64,000 nt of DNA from a bacterium (lineage in GTDB: Bacteria > SZUA-79 > Acidulodesulfobacterales > Acidulodesulfobacteraceae): assembly GCA_021850985.1 (NCBI GenBank), contig JAJZJX010000002.1:14652-78651 (forward strand), written 5' to 3'. Below, one piece after another: positions 1 to 8,301 of this stretch. A program made the position numbers and the translations under genes. Numbering within the stretch: position 1 is the first letter of the stretch; each line of letters begins with the position of its first letter. Below the pieces are notes generated by a model, which did not search any database, was not told the DNA's origin, and was given only the letters and a program-made list of their open reading frames with translations.

Positions 1-918
1 TACTGCTTTTTTTAAAGCGCAGGATTCTATTATAATGCTTCCCATTCCTTCAAGTCCCGACGGAACTGCAATCAAATCCGACGCATATATAAACTTTTCG
101 ATATTTTCTTTAAAACCGCTTACGGCGAAATAGTCTTTAAGTCCTTTTGTTTTAATTAAATCGACGATATAATCGTGCAATTCTCCTTCGCCTATTATAA
201 CAAATTTTAAATCCTGCCTTTTTTTTATTATTAATTCTGCCGCCTTTATAAATACTTCATGGCCTTTTTCGCCGGATAATCTTCCTATAAGGGAAATCAT
301 TTTTTCGTCTGGTTTAATGCCGAATTCTTTTCTTATTTCGGTTTTTTCGGATTCATAGAAAGAAGACGTTTTATCTTCATCGGCGTAGATCCTTGGGCTG
401 TAAATAGTCTTGATTAAACTTTCGTCTATTCCTATGTCGTTAATCAATCTTTTTTTAATAAAATCCGATATAACGATAAATCTGTCGGTTAAAAATCTGT
501 ATATTAGAAATCCTTTTAAAAAATCCACTTTGTATGCAACATGCCGCGTTAAAACTTTTATTATCTTTTTTTTAAAAATAGAAACTGCTGCAATACCGCC
601 TAAAAATTGGTCTAATGACGAATGAAAATTTATAAGGTCGATATCGTACCGCTTCAAAAAGCGCCTTATTTTCAATAAAGCAAAAATATCCATAAAATTC
701 GTCATTCTTACGGAAAAATTACAAATGCCGCATTTATCCAATTCATCTCTTAACCTTTCGTTGTTATTATGGATAACGAATATATTGAATTCTTCGCTGC
801 GGTACAGTTTCATAAATTTAAGCAAAATTACTATGTCATTTTGCGCTCCGCCGAAATTTTTAAAAGCGTCTATATGAAGTATGTTAAATTTGCCTTTTTT
901 ATTTTTTTTGTTATTCAT
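1..918 (-). CDS. Glycosyltransferase, GT-B fold / family 4-like (first 306 codons; C-terminus lies beyond the window start)
   Basis: Absent from the supplied ORF track because it is open at the window edge. My reverse-strand translation from ATG 918 is stop-free to base 1: MNNKKNKKGKFNILHIDAFKNFGGAQND...LIGRLSGEKGHEVFIKAAE...KFVIIGEGEL...VPSGLEGMGSIIIESCALKKAV (E-x7-E motif typical of GT4 enzymes). Confidence 0.75.
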   Translation of the reverse strand, partial: MNNKKNKKGKFNILHIDAFKNFGGAQNDIVILLKFMKLYRSEEFNIFVIHNNNERLRDELDKCGICNFSVRMTNFMDIFALLKIRRFLKRYDIDLINFHSSLDQFLGGIAAVSIFKKKIIKVLTRHVAYKVDFLKGFLIYRFLTDRFIVISDFIKKRLINDIGIDESLIKTIYSPRIYADEDKTSSFYESEKTEIRKEFGIKPDEKMISLIGRLSGEKGHEVFIKAAELIIKKRQDLKFVIIGEGELHDYIVDLIKTKGLKDYFAVSGFKENIEKFIYASDLIAVPSGLEGMGSIIIESCALKKAV

Positions 919-988
919 AATATTGTATGTTATTATAATGCTATATTATATATATTATATTCATTTAAAACAATTTTACTTTTAATTT

Positions 989-1624
989 ATGCAGAATATT
1001 ATTTTAATTTTTTTCAAGGACATATTTCTCGCTTTAATTCCTATATTCGTCGCAATAGACGTTTTCGGAATTCTTCCGATTTATTTAGATTTTGTTAAAG
1101 ACACCGATACCGATGAAGAAAAAAATATCAGGAAAAATTCGTTGATAACCGCTTTCAGCGTTGGCATAGGTTTTCTTCTGCTTGGCAAATCTCTTTTTGC
1201 CGTTATGGGTATTTCGATATACGATTTTGAAATGGCAGGGGGCATACTTTTATTTATAATATCCATAAATAATCTTCTTGCGGAAAAACGCAAAATCTAT
1301 TCGTCGGCAGACAAAGCGGATTTGGGAGTAGTACCGATAGGCGTGCCTTTAATAGTAGGTCCGGGGGTTTTAACTACGCTGCTGATAATTACCGGAATAT
1401 ACGGATATATAATAGTCACTATTGCGTTTATCGTAAATCTTTTAATTGTTTACATAGTTTTAAAAAATACAAGGCTTTTTTTAAGATATCTCGGAAAAAA
1501 CGGTTCAAACGCCGCAGGGAAACTTGCAGCGCTGCTGCTTGCCGCATATGCAGTAATGATGATAAGGGTAGGAGTAATAAACACGATAATTACTTACATG
1601 AAGAGCCTGCATTCCCATTCGTAA
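989..1624 (+). CDS. MarC-family (UPF0056) integral membrane protein
   Basis: 211-aa polytopic ORF and the only convincing plus-strand gene. FLALIPIFVAIDVFGILPIYL and PIGVPLIVGPGVLTT resemble MarC/UPF0056 signatures. Convergent with ychF. Confidence 0.7.
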   Translation: MQNIILIFFKDIFLALIPIFVAIDVFGILPIYLDFVKDTDTDEEKNIRKNSLITAFSVGIGFLLLGKSLFAVMGISIYDFEMAGGILLFIISINNLLAEKRKIYSSADKADLGVVPIGVPLIVGPGVLTTLLIITGIYGYIIVTIAFIVNLLIVYIVLKNTRLFLRYLGKNGSNAAGKLAALLLAAYAVMMIRVGVINTIITYMKSLHSHS

Positions 1625-1653
1625 AAGGCACTGCCGCAAATTACAAGTTGTTA

Positions 1654-1680
1654 TAGGGACAGAATTTAATTCTGTCCCTA
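1654..1680. repeat. Family-A palindrome TAGGGACAGAATT-t-AATTCTGTCCCTA
   Basis: Perfect 13-bp arms. The same GGGACAGAATTnAATTCTGTCCC core recurs at 22639, 32464 and 62374. It lies between the convergent stops of the MarC-like gene and ychF. A T-rich run (TATATTTATTTTAT) follows on the + strand, so it may terminate the + gene. Confidence 0.85.
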
Positions 1681-1688
1681 TATTTATT

Positions 1689-2789
1689 TTATACGTTAAA
1701 CCTGAAATGCATTATATCGCCGTCTTTAACGACGTAATCTTTTCCTTCAAGCCTTAAAAGTCCCATTTTTGCGGCATTTGCTTCAGAACCTGCTTTTATA
1801 AAATCTTCGTAAGAAATAACTTCGGCTCTTATAAAACCTTTTTCAAAATCTGTATGAATAGTTCCGGCAGCCTGCGGCGCTTTCCATCCGTTTTTTATTT
1901 CCCACGCCCTTACTTCCTGCTTGCCTGCAGTGAAAAACGATATTAAACCCAGAAGGTTAAAACTGACGGAAGCGACGGTATCTAAGGCGGAAGATTCTAT
2001 GCCGTAATCTTTAAGAAAAACTTGCCTGTCTTCTTCGTTCAAAGAAGCAAGTTCTTCTTCTAATTTTGCGCATAATCTTATAACCGGTATATTTTTGGGA
2101 TTTGCTATATTAATAATATCTTCTATATCTTTATTTAAAAAATCATTGGCAAGCATATCCTCATCAACGTTAAGAATATATAAAGACGGTTTTGCGGATA
2201 TTATTCCGAGTGATTTAAGCAAAATTTTCCCGTCGTCTTCTAATGCAGAGATATCGATATAGCCGGTTTCGGAAAGGTTATCATTAATCTTTTTTAAAAA
2301 CTCAAGATTAGATGCCGCCGTTTTGTCTCCGCTTCTTGCTATTTTTTCAAGCTTTTGTATATGTTTGGAAAGAATTTCTATATCGCTGAGCGCAAGCTCC
2401 GTATTTATAATATCTAGGTCTCTTGCCGGATTTACTCCCCCCTCGACATGGACTACGGTGCTTTCTTTAAAAACTCTTATTACCTGAATAATTAAATCGA
2501 CGTTTCTTATGTGGGATAAAAATTTATTCCCAAGACCTTCGCCGGACGAAGCTCCTTTTACTAATCCAGCAATATCGACAAATTCGACGTATGTAGGTGT
2601 AAATTTTTCAGGATTAAATATATCGCGCAGTTTTTCTAATCTGAGGTCTTTTACCGGTTTTATCCCTACGTTAGGCTCTATTGTGCAAAACGGATAGTTG
2701 CTAGCTTCCGCGCCTCCGGCGGTAATAGCGTTAAATATAGTCGATTTACCGACATTTGGAAGCCCGACTATACCGCATTTAAGTCCCAT
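1689..2789 (-). CDS. ychF: Ribosome-binding ATPase YchF
   Basis: 366 aa. G1 P-loop GIVGLPNVGKSTIFNA; C-terminal domain ending DGDIMHFRFNV; conserved pth-ychF neighbourhood. Confidence 0.95.
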   Translation of the reverse strand: MGLKCGIVGLPNVGKSTIFNAITAGGAEASNYPFCTIEPNVGIKPVKDLRLEKLRDIFNPEKFTPTYVEFVDIAGLVKGASSGEGLGNKFLSHIRNVDLIIQVIRVFKESTVVHVEGGVNPARDLDIINTELALSDIEILSKHIQKLEKIARSGDKTAASNLEFLKKINDNLSETGYIDISALEDDGKILLKSLGIISAKPSLYILNVDEDMLANDFLNKDIEDIINIANPKNIPVIRLCAKLEEELASLNEEDRQVFLKDYGIESSALDTVASVSFNLLGLISFFTAGKQEVRAWEIKNGWKAPQAAGTIHTDFEKGFIRAEVISYEDFIKAGSEANAAKMGLLRLEGKDYVVKDGDIMHFRFNV

Positions 2790-2858
2790 TAGATTATATA
2801 CCTTATATTATATAACTTAGTTATTTTTGTTAATAGCGAATATTAAATGTTTAAATTT

Positions 2859-2912
2859 AAAACCACCCCGGCAGGCAAGCCTGCCGCCCCTCCTTTTTTA
2901 AAAGGAGGGGGG
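2859..2912. repeat. Family-C double-hairpin element (short form)
   Basis: AAAACCACCCCG-GCAGGCaaGCCTGC-CG-CCCCTCCttttttaaaaGGAGGGG. GC hairpin at 2870-2885; SD/anti-SD-like palindrome at 2887-2910. Related copies at 32358, 49135 and 51831, and in inverted, expanded form at 29151 and 38391. Confidence 0.85.
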
Positions 2913-2935
2913 CTTTTACTTCTTTTACTTAAAGT

Positions 2936-3541
2936 TTATTTACGATTGTAAAGATTCATTGTTTTAACAAGACCGTCCGTTACTAATGACATCAGGATTT
3001 CGTTTATATCTCTAAGAATTTCAGGCAATATTTTCTGCTCTTCCTTGGAAAAATTAGCCAGAACATAATCCGCCCCGCTGCCGAATTTAAATCTTTCTGG
3101 CGAATTAATGCCCAGTTTCAGCCGGACGAAATTTTTGCTTTGCAGGGAATTTATAACCGAATTAACGCCGTTATGCGACCCGCCGCTGCCGCCGAGCTTT
3201 ATTTTGTAAGTTCCGAAAGCCAGATCTAAATCGTCGTGAATCAATATTATATTTAAATCCTGAGTATCGGAATTTTCCGGCAATTTAAAAACGCCGTTTT
3301 TGTTTAAAACTTCTTTTACGGCTTTTCCGCTTAAATTCATAAAAGTAAGCGGTTTTATCAAAAAAACTTTTTTCTCGGAAATAATTTTATCTGAAATTAA
3401 ATAGTTTTTTTTATTAATAAAACCGGGGAAATTATTTTCTTCAGAAAAAAAATCTACCGCCGTAAAACCAAAATTGTGCCTTGAAAATTGATACTCGCGA
3501 CCAGGATTTCCAAGTCCAAAAATAAATATATTTCCCGGCAT
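2936..3541 (-). CDS. pth: Peptidyl-tRNA hydrolase
   Basis: 201 aa. IFGLGNPGREYQFSRHNFGF N-terminus and HDDLDLAFG are typical Pth motifs. Confidence 0.93.
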   Translation of the reverse strand: MPGNIFIFGLGNPGREYQFSRHNFGFTAVDFFSEENNFPGFINKKNYLISDKIISEKKVFLIKPLTFMNLSGKAVKEVLNKNGVFKLPENSDTQDLNIILIHDDLDLAFGTYKIKLGGSGGSHNGVNSVINSLQSKNFVRLKLGINSPERFKFGSGADYVLANFSKEEQKILPEILRDINEILMSLVTDGLVKTMNLYNRK

Positions 3542-3562
3542 ATTTTTATTATTATAAAATCT

Positions 3563-4219
3563 TTAAGACTTTTTAGAATCTTGCTGCGCCGACGCCGCAG
3601 AAGGAGCCGCCGCCTGCGCCGCAGTTTCGCCTTCAGCGCCTCCCGCAGAAGCGGAAACTTCTTCAACCGTAGGTTCTGCAACAGTAACTATGGCCGCATC
3701 TTTTTCGGTTATGATTTCAATTTTGTCGCCCAAATTTAAATCTCCGACATGGATAATATCGCCTATGTTTAATCCGGAAACATCTATATTTATCGTGTCT
3801 ATAATATCTTTCGGATAACCTTTTATGGCTATATGTCTCATTAACGGCTCAAGAATACCCCCGAGCTTAACTCCTTCCGGCTTTCCGTTAAAATGAACAA
3901 CGGCTTCTATTTCTATTTTTTCATCCATAGATATTTCATGCAAATCAATATGGATAATGCCGTCTGTTACCGGATCCTTCTGAATTTCTTTTATGACCGC
4001 CATCTTACCGTTAACGTCGGCTTCGCTGCTCAATATATTTATGAACGAAGATATCGAATGTTTTGCAAAAGCTTTAAGAAATTCTTTGTAGTTAATGAGA
4101 ATGATACGGGATCCTGTTTTTTTTCCATATAGTACCGCCGGTATCAAGCCGTTTTTTCTTAATGTTTTAAGATTGTTTTCTTTTTTCCTGTTTTCAATAT
4201 TTAAATTAATGATGTCCAA
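3563..4219 (-). CDS. rplY: 50S ribosomal protein L25, long (Ctc) form, with Ala/Ser/Gln-rich C-terminal tail
   Basis: LRKNGLIPAVLYGKK N-terminal motif; 218 aa; prs-rplY-pth synteny. The tail is encoded by a local GC-rich patch (about 3566-3664). Confidence 0.9.
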   Translation of the reverse strand: MDIINLNIENRKKENNLKTLRKNGLIPAVLYGKKTGSRIILINYKEFLKAFAKHSISSFINILSSEADVNGKMAVIKEIQKDPVTDGIIHIDLHEISMDEKIEIEAVVHFNGKPEGVKLGGILEPLMRHIAIKGYPKDIIDTINIDVSGLNIGDIIHVGDLNLGDKIEIITEKDAAIVTVAEPTVEEVSASAGGAEGETAAQAAAPSAASAQQDSKKS

Positions 4220-4259
4220 TTAAAATCTCCTTTTACATTTAGTTAATTTTATTTTTTAT

Positions 4260-5207
4260 TTATATAAACAGCGAACTCACGGAATCTTCTTCGTGAATCC
4301 TCTTAACGGCTTCTGCGAGAATATTAGCCGTACTTAATATTTTAAATTTGCCCGATAAATCGTTTCTATTTTTTTGATCTATAGTATCGGTTATTATAAG
4401 TTCTTTTATGGGAGAATTATTTATCTTTTCTACGGCATTGCCTGATAAAACGCCATGGGTAGCCATCGCAATTATTTCTTTTGCGCCGTTGTCTGCTAAA
4501 GCCGAGGCGCCTTGCGCAATAGTGCCTGCCGTATCTATCATATCGTCGAGCATAATTGCGGTTTTATTTTTTACGTCTCCTATTACGTTCATTATTTCGG
4601 CGACGTTTGCCTTTATTCTTCTTTTGTCGATTATGGCAAGATTTGCTCCCAAGTGTTTAGCAAAAGATCTTGCCCTTTCGACGGCTCCGGCATCAGGAGA
4701 AACTACTACTATATCCGAAGAATCGTAATTCTTAGTCTTTATATAGTCCAGAAGAACCGGCGCCGCATATAAATGGTCCACGGGGATATTAAAAAATCCC
4801 TGTATCTGTCCTGCATGCAGATCCATGGATAAAACTCTGTCCGCCCCGGCGGTCGTTATAATATCGGCTACTAATTTTGCAGTAATCGGAACCCTTGAAG
4901 CAGTTTTCCTATCCTGCCTTGCATAACCGTAATATGGAACCACGGCTGTTATCCTATACGCCGAAGCCCTTTTCATTGCGTCGATCATAATCAGCAGTTC
5001 CATCAAATTTCGGTCAACCGGATTAGACGTGGGCTGGACAAGAAAAATATCGCATCCCCTAACGTTTTCGTTGATATTTATAAACGTTTCGCCGTCGCTG
5101 AATTTATAAACTTCCGCATCCCCAAGAGATATACCCAGATAACCCGCCATTTTTTCGGCAAGCTCCTTGTTTGAATTTCCTGAAAACAATCTTAATTTAT
5201 TTGTCAT
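4260..5207 (-). CDS. prs: Ribose-phosphate pyrophosphokinase
   Basis: 315 aa. [25 protein letters not shown], and PRPP-binding loop [13 protein letters not shown]. Confidence 0.95.
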   Translation of the reverse strand: MTNKLRLFSGNSNKELAEKMAGYLGISLGDAEVYKFSDGETFININENVRGCDIFLVQPTSNPVDRNLMELLIMIDAMKRASAYRITAVVPYYGYARQDRKTASRVPITAKLVADIITTAGADRVLSMDLHAGQIQGFFNIPVDHLYAAPVLLDYIKTKNYDSSDIVVVSPDAGAVERARSFAKHLGANLAIIDKRRIKANVAEIMNVIGDVKNKTAIMLDDMIDTAGTIAQGASALADNGAKEIIAMATHGVLSGNAVEKINNSPIKELIITDTIDQKNRNDLSGKFKILSTANILAEAVKRIHEEDSVSSLFI

Positions 5208-5223
5208 TTTTTATTTAACTTTG

Positions 5224-5454
5224 AATTTTTAACTTTTCTTTCATCATTCTGCTGGCTGGGGCGGGAGGATGACTCCCTTCGGTCGTGATCGCCTGCTCAG
5301 CTTTATTGTTAATTTAATTTTTAACTTTTCTTTCATCATTCTGCTGGCTGGGGCGGGAGGATGACTCCCTTCGGTCGTGATCGCCTGCTCAGCTTTATTG
5401 TTAATTTAATTTTTAACTTTTCTTTCATCATTCTGCTGGCTGGGGCGGGAGGAT
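5224..5454. repeat. Tandem 92-bp repeat (2 full identical units plus a 29-bp partial unit), each carrying the last 18 nt of tRNA-Gln
   Basis: TGGCTGGGGCGGGAGGAT starts at 5253, 5345 and 5437 (period 92). Units 5253-5344 and 5345-5436 are identical base for base. 5224-5252 repeats the last 29 nt of the unit. The third copy runs into the genuine tRNA. Confidence 0.95.
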
Positions 5455-5511
5455 TCGAACCTCCGAATGCAGGAATCAAAATCCTGTGACTTGCCGCTTG
5501 TCGACACCCCA
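5437..5511 (-). tRNA. tRNA-Gln (anticodon UUG), CCA encoded
   Basis: Reverse complement: TGGGGTG TC GACAAGCGGCAAGTC A CAGGA TTTTGAT TCCTG CATTC GGAGG TTCGAAT CCTCC CGCCCCA G CCA. Full cloverleaf of 75 nt with a 7-bp acceptor stem and a T-loop TTCGAAT. Closely resembles canonical bacterial tRNA-Gln. Confidence 0.93.
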
Positions 5512-5565
5512 ATTTAAAATATAAAATACGCAAAAAATTATATAATCATTAATAGCAATTATAAT

Positions 5566-5829
5566 CTATTCCTGATTGCTTACCGCAGTTTCATACGATG
5601 CAAGCACTGCAGATTCTATCATGTCTCTCGTTTCGTTATTGAGCGGATGGGCGGTGTCCTTAAAAGTGCCGTCCTTTCTTTTTTTACTAGGCATAGCGAC
5701 AAATAAGCCGTCCTTTCCGTTAATAATTTTGAGGTCCCTTACTACGAAACAATTATCAAACGTAATCGTAACATAGGCTTTTAATTTTTCTTCATTAACA
5801 GGAAAAACATTAACTTCTGTAACTTGCAT
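5566..5829 (-). CDS. spoVG: SpoVG-family nucleic-acid-binding protein
   Basis: 87 aa. MQVTEVNVFPVNEEKLKAYVTITFDNCFVVRDLKIING...FVAMPSKK matches the SpoVG fold signature. Confidence 0.9.
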   Translation of the reverse strand: MQVTEVNVFPVNEEKLKAYVTITFDNCFVVRDLKIINGKDGLFVAMPSKKRKDGTFKDTAHPLNNETRDMIESAVLASYETAVSNQE

Positions 5830-5866
5830 AAAAATCCCTCCAAAATGAAATCGGTTGAGTAATAGT

Positions 5867-6760
5867 TTATAAAGTTTCCGTCAAAAAAATCAAATGCACT
5901 ATGTTGTTAAAATTAAACGATTTTATTTTACTTATGTATTCTTTAGCACTATGCTCCGAAGTAAAAGCCCCAAACACGGCAGAGCCGCTGCCTGACAAAA
6001 GAGAAATTTCCGCTCCGTTTAAAATCATAGATTCTTTAATTTCTTTTATAACCTTATAATTTGCAAATATAACGTTTTCAAAATCGTTTTTTAATTTTAA
6101 TTCTTTAAAGCCTAAGTATTGAATATTATAATAATTTGACTTATTTGTCAACAAAAAATCGTCGTAATCGTCATATGCTTTTTTTGTGCTTATTCCGAAA
6201 TCCGGTATTACTAAAACTATATAGTAGCGGGAAAGAACGCCGGATTCAATTTCTTCTACTTGCTCGCCGAATCCTGATACAACTGCATCTTTCACTGTCA
6301 AAAAAAAGGGGACGTCAGATCCGATTTTCAAGGCTATTTCCGTCAATTCCGATTTATCTAAGGGATTGCCGTAAATTTCGTTTAATTTTAACAAAAGTCC
6401 GGCTCCGTCGCTTGAACCGCCGCCTAAGCCGGCGTTAAAAGGAATATTTTTTTCTATTAATATATCTACGCCTTTATTTTTTATATTCAACGTATTAAAA
6501 AAAAGCTTCGCAGTTTTTATCGTTATATTATCTTCGTTGGAAAGCGATTGAAGTTCTAGTTCCGATATTTTTTTTTTAAAATTTGCGCCTGCAACAGTTT
6601 TAATTTTATATTGTCCGTCGGTTAAATTAAACGTTATCTTATCCTTAACGTTAATTTTTCTCATAAGGGAAACGATTCGATGCAGTCCACAAGATTCTTT
6701 TTTGCCGATATTTAAAGAAAAGTTAACTTTGGCGGGAGCATAATAAACTATATCTTGCAT
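5867..6760 (-). CDS. ispE: 4-diphosphocytidyl-2-C-methyl-D-erythritol kinase
   Basis: APAKVNFSLNIG N-terminus; GHMP-kinase loop PFNAGLGGGSSDGA. The ATG overlaps the nuoN stop by 13 nt (ttATGCAAGATATAGtt). Confidence 0.9.
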   Translation of the reverse strand: MQDIVYYAPAKVNFSLNIGKKESCGLHRIVSLMRKINVKDKITFNLTDGQYKIKTVAGANFKKKISELELQSLSNEDNITIKTAKLFFNTLNIKNKGVDILIEKNIPFNAGLGGGSSDGAGLLLKLNEIYGNPLDKSELTEIALKIGSDVPFFLTVKDAVVSGFGEQVEEIESGVLSRYYIVLVIPDFGISTKKAYDDYDDFLLTNKSNYYNIQYLGFKELKLKNDFENVIFANYKVIKEIKESMILNGAEISLLSGSGSAVFGAFTSEHSAKEYISKIKSFNFNNIVHLIFLTETL

Positions 6761-8301
6761 AAAGAAGCTGCGGAATAATTGGCGAAATTAATAAATAATT
6801 GAGGATAAACGCCCATTATAAGGGTAAAAAAGAGGCATATTATTACGGCCAGCATTATTCCTTCGCTTATGTTTCCGTTAACTATGCCGAAATCCTTACC
6901 TTCTGGCGCTATGTATGAAACGGAAGAATCTTCCTTATCCGGCATATACATTTTAACTATTATCTTAATATAATAATATGCCGCAAATGCGCTGTTAAGC
7001 AAAGCTATAAAAACTAACCAGTAATAGCCGGATTTTACGGCAGCAGAAAATACGTAAAATTTTCCCATAAATCCTCCGGTTACCGGTATTCCGGCAAGAG
7101 AAAGCATAAAGAAAGCCATAGCCGCAGAAATAAAGGGATACTTATATCCTACGCCTGAATATTTTTTTATGTCTAAAGAAATTATATCTGAATTTTCAAA
7201 TATTATAACTACGGCAAAAGCTCCCGCGGTCATAAAAATATATGCAAAAAGATAAAAAAGCGTCCCGGAATAACCGTAAAAACCGCCGCCTATTATTCCT
7301 ACAAGTATGTAACCCGCCTGAGCTATCGAAGAATAGGCTAAAAGCCTTTTAATGTTCGAAGATAAAATAGCCGCTATATTTCCGAAAGTCATCGACAAAA
7401 CGGCAAGTACCCAGAGAATATCGTTGAAATTAATAACGTTGAAATTATAAATAAGAATATAAATTCTTAAAAATATTGCAAAAGCGGCAACTTTTATTCC
7501 GGTCGCCATAAAAGAAGTTATCGGGGTAGGCGCTCCGTCGTAAGCGTCCGGAGTCCATGCGTGAAAAGGAAATAAAGACATTTTAAAGGCTAATCCGACC
7601 GTAAACAGTAAAAGTCCGATAGATAGATATTCGCCCATACCGCTTATAACAGGCGCACTCCCGTGTTTAACGTAGGAAATGCTTTCTAAATATGAATGTA
7701 TTGAATTTAAGTTCAGGTGTCCGACTGCGGCATAAATAAAAACAGACCCGAAAATTAAAAAAGCAGATGCAAAAGTTCCCAGTATAAGATATTTAAGCGC
7801 CGCTTCCGTACTCCTCGTATTTCCTCTTATATATCCTGTAAGTATATATGCGCAAATAGACATAAATTCTAACGATATAAAGACCATTATCAAATTATTC
7901 GAGGACACTAAAAACATCATCGCCGATATTCCGAAAAGAATAATACTGTAATATTCCGGATAAGGCACGTCGAAATTTTCTATATAATCTTTAGAAACGA
8001 GCACGGTTAAAAAACCGGACAACAAAATGGCAATAAATAAAAATACGTCATAACCGTTAAACACCACCGATCCGTAAAATCCGGTAAGATTTCTTCCGGA
8101 CAGCATTACGACGTATAAAATTGAAAACGCTATACCGATTAAAGACAGATAATACGAATTTTTGCCTTTTGCTATTTTTTCAAAAAACGTTAGAAACAGC
8201 ACGATAAAAGCAAATAGTATTATTACCGCTTCCGGTATAATGCTTACCATGCTTTTTTCCAAAGAATTTAATCCGTATATTACAGGCATTATATTATGCA
8301 T
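6748..8301 (-). CDS. nuoN: NADH-quinone oxidoreductase subunit N
   Basis: 517-aa antiporter-like polytopic ORF, last in the nuo array. Overlaps the nuoM stop by 8 nt. Confidence 0.85.
   Translation of the reverse strand: MHNIMPVIYGLNSLEKSMVSIIPEAVIILFAFIVLFLTFFEKIAKGKNSYYLSLIGIAFSILYVVMLSGRNLTGFYGSVVFNGYDVFLFIAILLSGFLTVLVSKDYIENFDVPYPEYYSIILFGISAMMFLVSSNNLIMVFISLEFMSICAYILTGYIRGNTRSTEAALKYLILGTFASAFLIFGSVFIYAAVGHLNLNSIHSYLESISYVKHGSAPVISGMGEYLSIGLLLFTVGLAFKMSLFPFHAWTPDAYDGAPTPITSFMATGIKVAAFAIFLRIYILIYNFNVINFNDILWVLAVLSMTFGNIAAILSSNIKRLLAYSSIAQAGYILVGIIGGGFYGYSGTLFYLFAYIFMTAGAFAVVIIFENSDIISLDIKKYSGVGYKYPFISAAMAFFMLSLAGIPVTGGFMGKFYVFSAAVKSGYYWLVFIALLNSAFAAYYYIKIIVKMYMPDKEDSSVSYIAPEGKDFGIVNGNISEGIMLAVIICLFFTLIMGVYPQLFINFANYSAASLCKI

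Noticed and set aside
410-1098. Plus-strand ORFs 410-625 and 769-1098
   Set aside because: They lie antisense to the glycosyltransferase CDS that I translated on the minus strand (1-918), or run across the divergent promoter region into the MarC-like gene. The sequences are low-complexity I/F/K/N with no motifs.
3454-3739. Arg-rich ORFs on both strands (…KLRRRRRLLLRRRRSK… and …LLRRRRRRSRRLRRS…)
   Set aside because: These are alternative-frame and antisense readings of the GC-rich tail of rplY. They are compositional artefacts overlapping a well-supported gene.
5224-5511. tRNA-Gln repeats as attL/attR of an integrated prophage or genomic island
   Set aside because: No integrase, excisionase or foreign-looking cargo lies between or next to the repeats. 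The repeat period is only 92 bp, and the flanks (spoVG, prs) form a conserved housekeeping neighbourhood. It is kept as a finding only as a possible scar or slippage array.
5336-5533. 65-aa minus-strand ORF (MRILYFKLGCRQAASHRILIPAFGGSNPPAPASRMMKEKLKIKL...) in the supplied track
   Set aside because: It reads straight through the tRNA-Gln gene and into the 92-bp tandem repeat. The repeat-internal mini-ORF (MMKEKLKIKLTIKLSRRSRPKGVILPPQPAE) changes frame between units because 92 is not a multiple of 3. There is no RBS.
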